This document shows, piece by piece, positions 14,488-25,747 of a DNA stretch of 56,564 nt. Below the pieces are notes generated by a model that was given only the letters and a program-made list of their open reading frames with translations, was not told the DNA's origin and made no database searches. The stretch lies in assembly GCF_001194135.2 (NCBI RefSeq), contig NC_068983.1, positions 95,792,323 to 95,848,886 on the forward strand. Reading direction: 5' to 3'. A program made the position numbers and the translations under genes. This DNA is from Octopus bimaculoides (Eukaryota). How positions within the stretch are numbered: the first letter of the stretch is position 1; each line of letters begins with the position of its first letter.

Positions 14488-15456
14488 GTTGCCTGTAATT
14501 ATTGGGGCACTGGGATATGTAACACACTGCCTGCGTACCAATCTTGAGAAATTAGGCTTCTCGAAACCAGAAAGGAGAAAGCTGATCCGAAAACTACAGA
14601 TCCAAGTCATCACTGGAACTGTAAAAATGTGTAAAACTTTCCAGAAGTTTATCATTTAAGTATATATGAGCATGTCTAGACATGCAGCTATATGCGTGGG
14701 AGTACATAGATAAAACAATGCATACAAATCTACATACATACATGTTGTTGGCACTCCGTCGCTTACGACGTCGAGGGTTCCAGTTGATCCGATCAACGGA
14801 ACAGTCTGCTCGTGAAATTAACGTGCAAGTGGCTGAGCACTCCACAGACACGTGTACCCTTAACGTAGTTCTCGGGGATATTCAGCGTGACACAGTGTGA
14901 CAAGGCTGACCCTTTGAATTGCAGGCACAGCAGAAACAAGAAGTAAGAGTGAGAGAAAGTTGTGGTGAAAGAGTACAGCAGGGTTCGCCACCATCTCCTG
15001 CCGGAGCCTCGTGGAGCTTCAGGTGTTTTCGCTCAATAAACACTCACAACGCCCGGTCTNNNNNNNNNNNNNNNNNNNNNNNNNNNNNNNNNNNNNNNNN
15101 NNNNNNNNNNNNNNNNNNNNNNNNNNNNNNNNNNNNNNNNNNNNNNNNNNNNNNNNNNNNNNNNNNNNNNNNNNNNNNNNNNNNNNNNNNNNNNNNNNNN
15201 NNNNNNNNNNNNNNNNNNNNNNNNNNNNNNNNNNNNNNNNNNNNNNNNNNNNNNNNNNNNNNNNNNNNNNNNNNNNNNNNNNNNNNNNNNNNNNNNNNNN
15301 NNNNNNNNNNNNNNNNNNNNNNNNNNNNNNNNNNNNNNNNNNNNNNNNNNNNNNNNNNNNNNNNNNNNNNNNNNNNNNNNNNNNNNNNNNNNNNNNNNNN
15401 NNNNNNNNNNNNNNNNNNNNNNNNNNNNNNNNNNNNNNNNNNNNNNNNNNNNNNNN

Positions 15457-15491
<35 letters not shown>

Positions 15492-15595
15492 CCCAGTTGA
15501 TGTTGTTGAAATTCTAATGAAGGATCCTTGGATCGAGGTTAGAAACCGGCTCTTTCTCTGTTGGTATGAACTCTTGAAATAAAACTAAATAATGA
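14488..15595 (+). mobile_element. 3' R4/Dong fragment, CATA group, with a SINE nested in its 3'UTR
   Basis: LPVIIGALGYVTHCLRTNLEKLGFSKPERRKLIRKLQIQVITGTVKMCKTFQKFII* (stop 14657-14659); 3'UTR appears to resume at ~15487 (ccttggatcgaggttagaaaccggctc...aataaaactaaataatga); (CATA)n on both sides. Confidence 0.8.
14744..15058 (-). mobile_element. SINE family C body and tail (5' part lost in the N gap)
   Basis: Minus strand ends ...gttccgttgatcggatcaactggaaccctcgacgtcgtaagcgacggagtgccaacaac; non-coding; family link to the heads at 54773 and 44075 is from recall. Confidence 0.65.
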
Positions 15596-15846
15596 CATAC
15601 ATACATTATTGCATGCATACACTTATGCCAACGAACATAAGAAATCCCCCAAAGTGGAAATTATGAATCCTGAAATACGCTTGGGACAGAAAATGTTTTT
15701 AAACCACGTACAGCCATACAAGTCTTCTGCTTTGTAGTTGTGAATATTTCAGCCAGGCCAGATAGCAAAGGATATAAATGGAGAACTGCTTGGAAATCTA
15801 CAAATTCTTAACTCACATTATAAATTGATATTTATAACTACAATAA

Positions 15847-16056
15847 GGTGGCGCGCTAGCAGAACTGTTAGCACAACGGGGAAAATGCTTAGCGGCATTT
15901 CGTCTATATTTACCTTCTGACTTCAAATTCAGCCGAAGTCGACTTTGTCTTTCATCCTTTCGGGGTCGATAAAATAAGTACCAGTTAACAGTGATGTCGA
16001 CGTAATCGACTCATTTCCTTCCCCGAAATTGCTGGCCTTGTGGCAAATTTTGAAAT
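15847..16056 (+). mobile_element. SINE family B
   Basis: ggtggcgcgctagcagaactgttagc...gtcgactttgtctttcatcctttcggggtcgataaaataagtaccag...tttgaaatc. Confidence 0.85.
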
Positions 16057-16399
16057 CAGTATTTATAACTATAGTTACTGGTACACTAGATAGTATTAGT
16101 TTACGTTATCTCGAAGAACGACATATATTATACAGTAGCGGCCATAGTATTAAGGTCAGTAAGAACAAGTGTATTTAAAATATTTATTATAGAAGATTAA
16201 CAAAATGTTGTGATTAACTATTTTACACACATTTAGATATATTTAGTATCTACCTTTCGTGAAAATTGTAAGTGAATGGAGTAAATACTTCGTAAGTTAT
16301 GAGGAAATAAACAAATAATCTTCCAAACTACAACGGTCAAAAGTTAAGGGTCACTTAGAAAAACAATGAAAAATGGAACAAGAACAAAAAGGAAGCTCT

Positions 16400-16773
16400 T
16401 AATCTTTTACTTGTTTCAGTCATTTGACTGCGGCCATGCTGGAGCATCGCCTTTAGTCGAGCAAATCGACCCCAGGACTTATTCTTTGTAAGCCTAGTAC
16501 TTATTCTATCGGTCTCTTTTTGCCAAACCGCTAAGTTACGGGGACGTAAACACACCAGCATCGGTTGTCAAGCGATGTTGGGGGGACAAACACAGACACA
16601 CAAACATATACACACACATACATACATATANNNNNNNNNNNNNNNNNNNNNNNNNNNNNNNNNNNNNNNNNNNNNNNNNNNNNNNNNNNNNNNNNNNNNN
16701 NNNNNNNNNNNNNNNNNNNNNNNNNNNNNNNNNNNNNNNNNNNNNNNNNNNNNNNNNNNNNNNNNNNNNNNNN

Positions 16774-16806
<33 letters not shown>

Positions 16807-16962
16807 TACGACGGGCTTCTTTCAGTTTCCGTCTACCAAATCCACTCACAAAGTTTGGTCGGCCCGAGGCTATAGTAGAAGACACTTACCCAAGGTGCCA
16901 CGCAGTGGGACTGAACCCAGAACCATGTGGTTGGTAAGCAAGCTACTTACCACATAGCCAAT
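16400..16962 (-). mobile_element. SINE family A inserted at the end of the Tc1 transposase
   Basis: Head ggctatgtggtaagtagcttgc..gggttcagtccc, internal (TA/CA)n with N gap, tail ..gactgaaacaagtaaaaga. Confidence 0.9.
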
Positions 16963-16964
16963 CC

Positions 16965-17958
16965 TTGAACATCCTTTTACTATCAATGACCTCCTGACAT
17001 CTGTTACCACGGGACTGAATTAATTTCTTGCAAGATGATGGAATAATATTGTTCCATTCGCTTTTCAATAATTCCCGGAGTTCATCTTGGTTCTTTGAAT
17101 TTGTCCTTCGCGCCCCATCTCCAATAATCTTCCAACCTTTTTCTATAGGGTAGAAATCGGGACTTTGAGGTGGCCAGTCCATGAAATCAACCCCCTCATC
17201 ACTCAAAAAATCTTTGGCTTTCTTCGCAGTGTGACAGGGAACGTTGTCCTTCACGAAGATGGGAGGATGAACTGATGAAGATTGGAGATGTGGAAGGGCA
17301 TGTTGTCTAAGAATCTGCTTATAGGTGAATAAGTGGACCAGGACCAGTAGTAGAGATCACTCCCCATACCATTACACTGCCTCCTCCATATTTCACTCTC
17401 TTCTTCACACATGCTCGAGATAACCTTTCATCACTTCTTCGTCAGACGTACATCACGCCATCGGAACCTATCATATTAAATTTCAATTACATCGCTAAAA
17501 CGAACCTGCGACCACTGTTCTTCTGTCTACACGACATGTTCGTGAGCGAAACGAAGACGGGCTCTTTGATTCTTCTTTATGCTTAGAGGTTTCTTTGCCG
17601 GCGCCCGAGCAACCGCCCCGAAACCTCGTAACCTTCGAGAAACTATTTTAGGCGATGCATTGACATCAGAAGCGGAGCTAAACACACAGGATATCTCAGC
17701 AGCAGTCTTAAACCTATCCTTTAGTAACAGTCTAACTATAATACGACCCTGTCTTCGTGAAGTTTTACGAGGTCTACCGGTTTGGAGTTTAGCATCTGTC
17801 GATCCTGATGAATTAAAACGAAGTACAATTCGTTGCACAACACGTCTAGACTCTCCTACAGTAGCTGCTATCACAGAATTTGGCTTGCCTTTTTTGTGTA
17901 AGCACACAATCCTTTCTTTTCCATCACAAGACACCGGTTGTATCTCACAAGCGGCCAT
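16965..17958 (-). pseudogene. Tc1 DD34E transposase pseudogene
   Basis: HTH with GRPRKTS, AKKPL..RLRFA, FSD, GGGSVMVWG, KDNVPCH...WPPQSPDFYPIE (34 residues between D and E, counted); stops and frameshifts present. Confidence 0.9.
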
Positions 17959-18819
17959 GTTGACAGCTGAATATTCTAATAATGTAAGATCATAAGAAGT
18001 AACTGTTAGCCCATTAACAGTCTTCTAAACTACAAATACCTCGGTTAGTTGTTCACTTTTTCTAAGTGACCCTTAACTTTTGGCCGCTGCAATTTGGAGG
18101 ATTGTTTGCTTATTTTCTTGTTACTTACGAAATATTCATTCCATTCACTTGAAACTTTTACGAAAGATCGATATTAGATATATATATCTAATTATATGTA
18201 AAATATATAGTTTCAACGTGTTGTTAATCTTCTATAATAACTATTTCAATACACTCGTTCTTACGAACCCTTATATTGTGGCCGCTACTGCATATATATG
18301 TATATATATATATATATNNNNNNNNNNNNNNNNNNNNNNNNNNNNNNNNNNNNNNNNNNNNNNNNNNNNNNNNNNNNNNNNNNNNNNNNNNNNNNNNNNN
18401 NNNNNNNNNNNNNNNNNNNNNNNNNNNNNNNNNNNNNNNNNNNNNNNNNNNNNNNNNNNNNNNNNNNNNNNNNNNNNNNNNNNNNNNNNNNNNNNNNNNN
18501 NNNNNNNNNNNNNNNNNNNNNNNNNNNNNNNNNNNNNNNNNNNNNNNNNNNNNNNNNNNNNNNNNNNNNNNNNNNNNNNNNNNNNNNNNNNNNNNNNNNN
18601 NNNNNNNNNNNNNNNNNNNNNNNNNNNNNNNNNNNNNNNNNNNNNNNNNNNNNNNNNNNNNNNNNNNNNNNNNNNNNNNNNNNNNNNNNNNNNNNNNNNN
18701 NNNNNNNNNNNNNNNNNNNNNNNNNNNNNNNNNNNNNNNNNNNNNNNNNNNNNNNNNNNNNNNNNNNNNNNNNNNNNNNNNNNNNNNNNNNNNNNNNNNN
18801 NNNNNNNNNNNNNNNNNNN

Positions 18820-18855
<36 letters not shown>

Positions 18856-20594
18856 ATGTGTGTGTGTGTGTGTGTGTGCTTATACATCGGCTACATTGTT
18901 GTGATATATTGCCACGGATAGTGTTATCAGTATGCCTATCTACATTTACACTCGTTTGTTCTATTTATGTGATATGCTCTTTAGCAACAGGAGAGAAATA
19001 ATACAGGAATAATAAATAGTCAACTATGCCAGACAAGAAATAATAATTATCCTTTAATATTTCTTGCCGTAAGATTTAATTGAGATAAATACATCATTCT
19101 CACAGAAAAANNNNNNNNNNNNNNNNNNNNNNNNNNNNNNNNNNNNNNNNNNNNNNNNNNNNNNNNNNNNNNNNNNNNNNNNNNNNNNNNNNNNNNNNNN
19201 NNNNNNNNNNTATAACAACAGACTTTCATATACGCACATACGTACTAGTAGAAAAGTATGAATGTATGTATGTATGTATATACGTATGTGTGCGTACATA
19301 CACTATATACACATCTGTGCCTTAGTGTTCGCATGTCTTTGTTTCTTAGTGCTTGCATGTGTACGTATGAATCAATTTGTGTGCGTATGTTCATACGTAT
19401 GTATCAACGTATCTATACGTATATATGTTCACTTTGGTCTTGATAAGATATGCCTGTATATGAAGGGAATATTTAAGAGTTTCTAAGAAGAAAGAAAAAA
19501 AGCGAACTGGTCAACTCGATATATTTGTCAGATTACGAATGTTTTAACTGTTTGACTTTAAATTATGGTTTTAAGTTTATCATACTTTATGACACAGATA
19601 AAGAATAAAAGTCTAAGATCTATACACTGCTAGTGATATCTTGCTGGTGAGAAACATGACGCGTGTGGTGCTATTGGAAAAATGATATTGATATAAGTTT
19701 ATGTGTAGGTAGTAAAATATGTAGATAGAGGATAGTGAAATGAAATAGTCCAAAACGATTTGTTTGGTGATTCAATTTCCATCTTTGTTACTGAAATGTT
19801 TTTGGTATTCCAAGAGATCAAAAATCAAATAATAAACTAAAACTGAAAGTTCCATTGTGCAATCATACAACAAAACAGTACGATAACGAAAATATAATCA
19901 TTAACTATTCTCAAATTGTAATACACTGACTATTCACAGTACAGATATGCATTCTGTAGGTAGTTAAATTCATCTTTTGTTGACTACTAGAAGACTGGTG
20001 GAAAAAGAAGAGAGAAAAAGAAAGAGTAAAAGAGTCTCAACAAGTAGAGACGATAAGTGCCGTGTAGTCACTTGCATAAAGTGCTCCCTCCGTCGGCTCC
20101 GAAAGAAAGAAGGAAAAACAGAATGGGAAAACTGGATGTAGGTCAGAGAACAATGGGAAATAATAGGTTTATTGCACCCCAACTGTATTTAATCTAAGAT
20201 TGTTCACTTCAACAATAGAACTCAACTAAATGTGACAGTTGATTCTCATAAATTTTCAAGTGTAAAAGCCGAGAACAATAGGGAAGGAACATGTAGGTAA
20301 ATCTTGATTCGGTTTCGAAACCTGGCTTAAAATCTAAGAAGCTATGCGTTACAAGTATATATTACCAAATCGTAAGTCAGCAGATATACAGCAGGTTATT
20401 AAAACGAGGAATATTTTCTTTTCAAAATATCGAATATAAAATTAAAACTACTAACGTGAGTGAATGTGTGTGTGTGTGTATGTGTGTGTGTATGTGGTAA
20501 GTTTGCTTCCCAATAACATGCATACACCCCCCCATATATATATATATATACACACACACATATGTATGCATATATCTCTCTGTGCCTTTGTTTC

Positions 20595-20720
20595 TTTGTC
20601 TCGCACCACCACTTGTTAACCGGAAAAAATAACTGCTTGAGTTAGTTTATTTCGAGTAAAATCCTTCAAGGAAGTGCCCCAGCATGGCCGCAGTCCTATG
20701 ACTGAAAGTAAATTAAAAGA
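20595..20720 (+). mobile_element. SINE family A tail fragment
   Basis: gtgccccagcatggccgcagtcctatgactgaaag. Confidence 0.6.
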
Positions 20721-21444
20721 CACAAGATTAAAAAAATTACATAACTGTTGATTTATGAGTAACTATTTCCTTTTATTAATACCACGATGAGTACTTCTTA
20801 CGGTTTGGTTTATAATATTCTCCGCCTAAACAAACAAACGATTTCTGCTCTATGACTACAATCTCAAAATAAATAAATACAGAAATAAATAAACAATTTT
20901 TACCAGAATGTCAACAGCCATATAATGTACGTAAATACATTTAAAAAAAACTACTAATGATTTACGGGACAAGTTTTAACCGTATAAAATTTTGTAGAAT
21001 TTTCACCTACAATAGCCATTCACTTCGTGTTTTTCCCAGATCAGCTATCAATGAAGATAGAAAAATTATGTCTAATTCTTTGAGACAACATACAAAAAGC
21101 TTATCGCACAAGGCTTTGATGTAGTGCGATCTGTTGATTCCGATATTTGAGAAACCTCCACCGTATATGATATAAATACCTCCTGAACATTATTTGTTTT
21201 CTTTTAATGCAATGGCCTAGCTTTGTGGCAACTTCACTGGCTTACAACCAATAACATGGGTTTCCGTCTGTTTCATGTGGGAGTATTCATTTGTTTGATC
21301 AATTCATTGCTCATTTGCTCAGTTGCTCAATTGCTCACAGACGTCAGACACTGCCCAAATGGTTAAGAAGTGCACTTCATACTTGCAATGTTCTGAGATC
21401 GATACCATGTGGCAGTCAACTTTGACAAGAGTTACTTGTCTTAA

Positions 21445-21526
21445 GAGCCTTCTGAACTCAGAATGTAAAGGTGGACAAAAGGCTACTAAGCGTTTTGCCC
21501 GATGTGCTAACGCTTCTATCAGCTCG
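21445..21526 (-). mobile_element. SINE family B head fragment
   Basis: tgaactcagaatgt..ctaagcgttttgcccgatgtgctaacgcttctatcagctcgc. Confidence 0.65.
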
Positions 21527-21554
21527 CACTACTACTACTACTACTATTACAACA

Positions 21555-21607
<53 letters not shown>

Positions 21608-21623
21608 CACTACTACTACTACT
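21527..21623. repeat. (CTA)n array
   Basis: Direct reading. Confidence 0.95.
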
Positions 21624-22171
21624 GCACTGGAAGCTATGCTAACACGATGGAATAACAGCAGAAAAAAGATGGTATAGGCAGACGCCAGAAAAGGTCACAG
21701 AAATGAGAAAGCAACCACACTCTGGGATATGCCAAAATACACAGACAGAGAAATTTATGCCAAAAAGCTAGATATAGTTGTCAGAGATCATCAAGAAAAA
21801 AATGCTTTCTAATCGATGTAGCAATACCAACAGATGACAATGTTTCTCTAAAAGAAACGGGGAAACTTTCAAAATACAAAGATCTGGAAATACTCGAATG
21901 TGGAGCCTAAAACATGAAGAATTCCTATCATAAAAGGCGCATTATGTATGATAAAAAGAAACATTCAGACAAATACGTAACAGAAACACCAGGACTAACA
22001 AGTATATAAAACATACAGAAAATAGTACTACTAGGCACCGCACACATCCTACGTAAAACACTTTCAATACAGTGAAAATAAGAGCACCACAACAAACCAC
22101 AACACATACCCAAGGCATACAAAGCTGCGCTCGGTAGTGCAGTGAAAGCATGTAACAAAAATAAGACTATG
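21622..22171 (+). mobile_element. 3' R4/Dong fragment (same subfamily as 4128-5394)
   Basis: HWKLC..TAEKRWY..PEKVT..LWDMP, DIVVRDHQEK, DVAIPTDDNVSLKE, LGTAHILRKTLSIQ*; followed by (TAA)n 22172-22247. Confidence 0.85.
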
Positions 22172-22185
22172 GAATAATAATAATG

Positions 22186-22247
<62 letters not shown>

Positions 22248-22248
<1 letters not shown>

Positions 22249-22777
22249 TGCCCGGATGCAGTGGCTCTCATGGCTTCCGATCTTAATTGATTGGAAGTGT
22301 TATCATGTACATTCTTTTGTCTTGGTATAAAAAGATGGGCTACAGCAAATATTCTGCTCAGTATCACAGATTTGCTTGTCAGTTGTTTGACCTTAACCAG
22401 TTGAGCATGTNNNNNNNNNNNNNNNNNNNNNNNNNNNNNNNNNNNNNNNNNNNNNNNNNNNNNNNNNNNNNNNNNNNNNNNNNNNNNNNNNNNNNNNNNN
22501 NNNNNNNNNNNNNNNNNNNNNNNNNNNNNNNNNNNNNNNNNNNNNNNNNNNNNNNNNNNNNNNNNNNNNNNNNNNNNNNNNNNNNNNNNNNNNNNNNNNN
22601 NNNNNNNNNNNNNNCCCACCTGCGAGGTCATGCACTGTTTATCTTGATATGAGATCACCATGTCGTGCACATATGGTTGTGATGCATGTGCCTGGTGTAC
22701 CCTTATCAGACGGGTAGTCATGATGGGTATACTGGGCTTCGTATATTTTACCCCAGTGTCACTGATGGCATGCACTC
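22248..22777 (+). mobile_element. ~530-bp non-coding element flanked by (TAA)n on both sides (internal N gap)
   Basis: Begins atgcccggatgcagtggctctcatgg right after (TAA)n; ends ccccagtgtcactgatggcatgcactc right before (AAT)n; second copy at 5452. Confidence 0.75.
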
Positions 22778-22818
<41 letters not shown>

Positions 22819-22830
22819 TAATAATAATGA

Positions 22831-23829
22831 TATTGTCACGGAAGCTTGCAAATTCGCAAGGGAACTTGGCCTTAATCCTGAATTAGATGAAGAACTTGAA
22901 ACCACTTCCACAAAACAAGCAAAATGGATCAAAAAGAACGGGCAGAAACAGATCGAGGAGCAGTGGAGCCAGAGGGTTCTTCATGGACAGTATATACTTC
23001 GAACTTGAAATGCTGATGTAGACTGAGTGACTGAGAAGTTCAGGACTGAAAGCAGACAAAAGGTCTCAAATTGGCAGCACAAGATAAAATCTTGCTCACA
23101 AAAAGTTACCTGACCGTAAATGCAGATTCTGCGACACATTTGACAAAACAATAGAGCATCTCGTCTCGAAATGTCCTGTGCTGATACCAAACGAATACAA
23201 AAATTGCCACAATAAGGTTGGACAGTATTTACATTGGAAAATATGTAAACACTACAAAATCAGCACTCCTGTTTACTGGTATGAATATCATTCTGAGCCA
23301 GTCGTTGAAGATAAAAAGGTCACTATCCGCTGGGATTTTTCAGTCAACACTGACAAAATGACCTAGGTTAATCGACTAGACATAATAATTATTACAGACA
23401 GAGGAGAAAATACTTGTAGACTAATAAGTGTAAGTGTTCCCACTGATAAAAATATATCTGTAAAGGAATTTAACAAACTGAGTAAATGTAAGGACCTGGA
23501 AATTGAAATACAAAAAGATGTGGCATCTCAAAGCGATAGCTGTTCCTGTCATTGTAGGTGCCCCAGGTATGATAAAAAAAAGGATGTCAGAAAAATCTAG
23601 ATAAGATTCCAGGAGGACGATGTCTCAGAGAAATGCAAAAGATTGTGCTGACAAGTATTGCGCACATCCTTAGAAAAACCCTATCCATTTAATATTTGTG
23701 TTGTATTACATGACGATATTTCGCTACTTCCCCTCCCAAAGCTTTCATCAAAATTATCCTTCACTCGCCCCAGGATGCTGGTTGTATCTCGGCAAGTGAC
23801 TGTAACAAACATGCAGATAAAAAGTAAAT
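22831..23829 (+). mobile_element. 3' R4/Dong fragment (same subfamily as 1030-3710)
   Basis: Aligns by eye with 2690-3710; CPVLIPNEYKNCHNKVGQYLHWKICK, WDFSVNTD, SIAHILRKTLSI*; (TAA)n on both sides. Confidence 0.85.
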
Positions 23830-23834
23830 GATAA

Positions 23835-24042
23835 TAATAATCCTTTCCACTAAAGGCACAAAGGCAACAATTTGGGGGAGGGGATAGTCGATTACATCGA
23901 CCCAGTGATTCACTGGTACTTAATTTATCAACCCCGAAAGAATGAAAGACAAACTCGACCTCGGTGGAACTTGAACTCAGAACGTAGCTACAGGCGAAAT
24001 ACCGCTAATCATTTCGTCCAGCATGCTAACGATTCTGCCAGA
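23835..24042 (-). mobile_element. SINE family B
   Basis: Reverse complement of ctggcagaatcgttagcatg...cggggttgataaattaagtaccag; (ATT)n tail abuts the Dong copy. Confidence 0.85.
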
Positions 24043-24377
24043 TAAGGATGATTTCAAATTTTGGCTCAAGGCCAACAATTAAATTTTTTCTTTTTCTTTT
24101 TTGTAATAAGGTTGCACCTTTGAAATTCAGGCAGTTGCAATCCATCCGACGGCTTCCGCATTGTTTCCGTTCACTCACTTTCATTCACCAGATTTTGAGT
24201 GACCTTAGTTATGACAAAAGACATTTGCCAATGTTGTCACGTTCTGGGATTGAGTTCAGGACATTGTTGTCGCGATAATGACTTCTTAATCATTTGACCA
24301 TATCTAGCGTCAATCCATCGCTACCTATGCACGTACACACATACACAAACAGATGAACACCACATACGCGCACCCTG

Positions 24378-24580
24378 GTTTCAAATTTTGGCGCAAAGCC
24401 TCGGAGGAGTAGGTTAAGTCGATTACACCGACCTCAGTGCTGAACTGGTGCATATTTTATCCACCTCAAAAGGATGAAAGGAAAAGACGACTTCGGCAGA
24501 ATTTGAACTCAGAACATAAAGACAGACGAAAACCGCTATTCATTTTGCCTGACGTGTTAACGATTCTGCCAGCTCGCCGT
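24378..24580 (-). mobile_element. SINE family B
   Basis: Same core; first of a minus-strand tandem pair. Confidence 0.8.
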
Positions 24581-24607
24581 CATCACGCAAACGCATACAC
24601 TGATTGG

Positions 24608-24826
24608 CATCAAATTTTGCCAAAGGATCAGAAATTTCGGGGTGGGGCGGGGGCTGGCTAAGTAGACCAAACCGACCCCAGTGCTCAACTGGTACTTATT
24701 TTATCGACTCCGAAAGAATGATAGGCGAAGACGACATTGACAGAATTTGAACTCAGAACGTAATGACTAACGAAATACCGCTAAGCATTTTACCCGGCAT
24801 GCTAACGATTCTGCTAGCTCGCCGCC
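24608..24826 (-). mobile_element. SINE family B
   Basis: Same core. Confidence 0.8.
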
Positions 24827-25289
24827 TCCACCCCACCCCCCACACGCATACATATTATACATTATATGTATACCTATAAATATGTATTGTCTACCTCGTT
24901 AAGCGAGCTTTCACACAACAGAATTCATTGTCTTGAAGGAAATTGGATACATTTTCTTTTTGTGTGTTTACCAAGATGATATAGAGAAATCAGAAACTAC
25001 TTTTACTGTTAAAAGAGGCATGTAATAAATATTCATATACACCGAAACGAACGACAATAAGAACAACATCAGCAACAATGGAGAAGACAACAGCAGTAAT
25101 GGCATTAGCAAGAATAATAACAAGAGCACCTACAGAATTAGTAACAGCAGTAACAGCAACAATAACCTTTCTTCAGTTGAAAGTAGTGCAATGTGTGTAA
25201 TTTATAGTCGAGGTATTTTATTGGCTTTTTTTTTAATCTTCTTTCTAATACAGCTGTTGCTGTATCATACATGATATAATAGCTAGTAA

Positions 25290-25493
25290 TAATCTTTTCT
25301 ACTGCAGGAACAAGACCTGAAATATTTTTTCTTCTTTAAGTGATAGGATGAGTCGGAGTCGATGATATCTATCCCACTGTTTAACTGGTACTTATTTTAT
25401 TGACCCCGAAGAGATTAAAAGCAGAGTCAACTTGGGCGGAATTTCAACTCAGGTTTTGTCCTGCGCGCTAATGATTCTTCCCGCTCGTCACCT
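25290..25493 (-). mobile_element. SINE family B (diverged, internal deletion)
   Basis: actggtacttattttattgaccccgaa..caacttgggcggaatttcaactcag. Confidence 0.7.
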
Positions 25494-25506
25494 AAGTAAT
25501 GACAAT

Positions 25507-25729
25507 GGTTTCAAATTTTGACAGAAGGTTAGCAAGTTCAAAACAGGGGATAAGTCAATTACATCGACACCAGTGGCCAACTGGTACTTATTTTCTCGAC
25601 CCCGAATGGATGAAAGGCAAAGTCGGCCTTGGCGGAATTTGAACTCAAAATTTGAAGACAGACGAAATGCCGCTAAGCCATTTGCCCGGTGTGCTAACGA
25701 TTCTACTAGCTCGCAGCTTTTCGCCGCCT
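25507..25729 (-). mobile_element. SINE family B
   Basis: actggtacttattttctcgaccccgaatggatgaaaggcaaagtcggcc..gctaacgattctactagctcgc. Confidence 0.85.
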
Positions 25730-25747
25730 TAATAATAATAACAATAG

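Larger units (their letters stand above)
16331..18089 (-). mobile_element. Tc1-family DNA transposon with both TIRs, non-functional
   Basis: TIRs caacggtcaaaagttaagggtcacttagaaaaa / rc cagcggccaaaagttaagggtcacttagaaaaa; TA at left, CA (mutated TA) at right. Confidence 0.9.

Noticed and set aside
19985-20155. Lys/Arg-rich frame RRLVEKEERKRKSKR..CIKCSL as an exon
   Set aside because: Driven by purine-rich low complexity; weak splice sites; no recognisable domain
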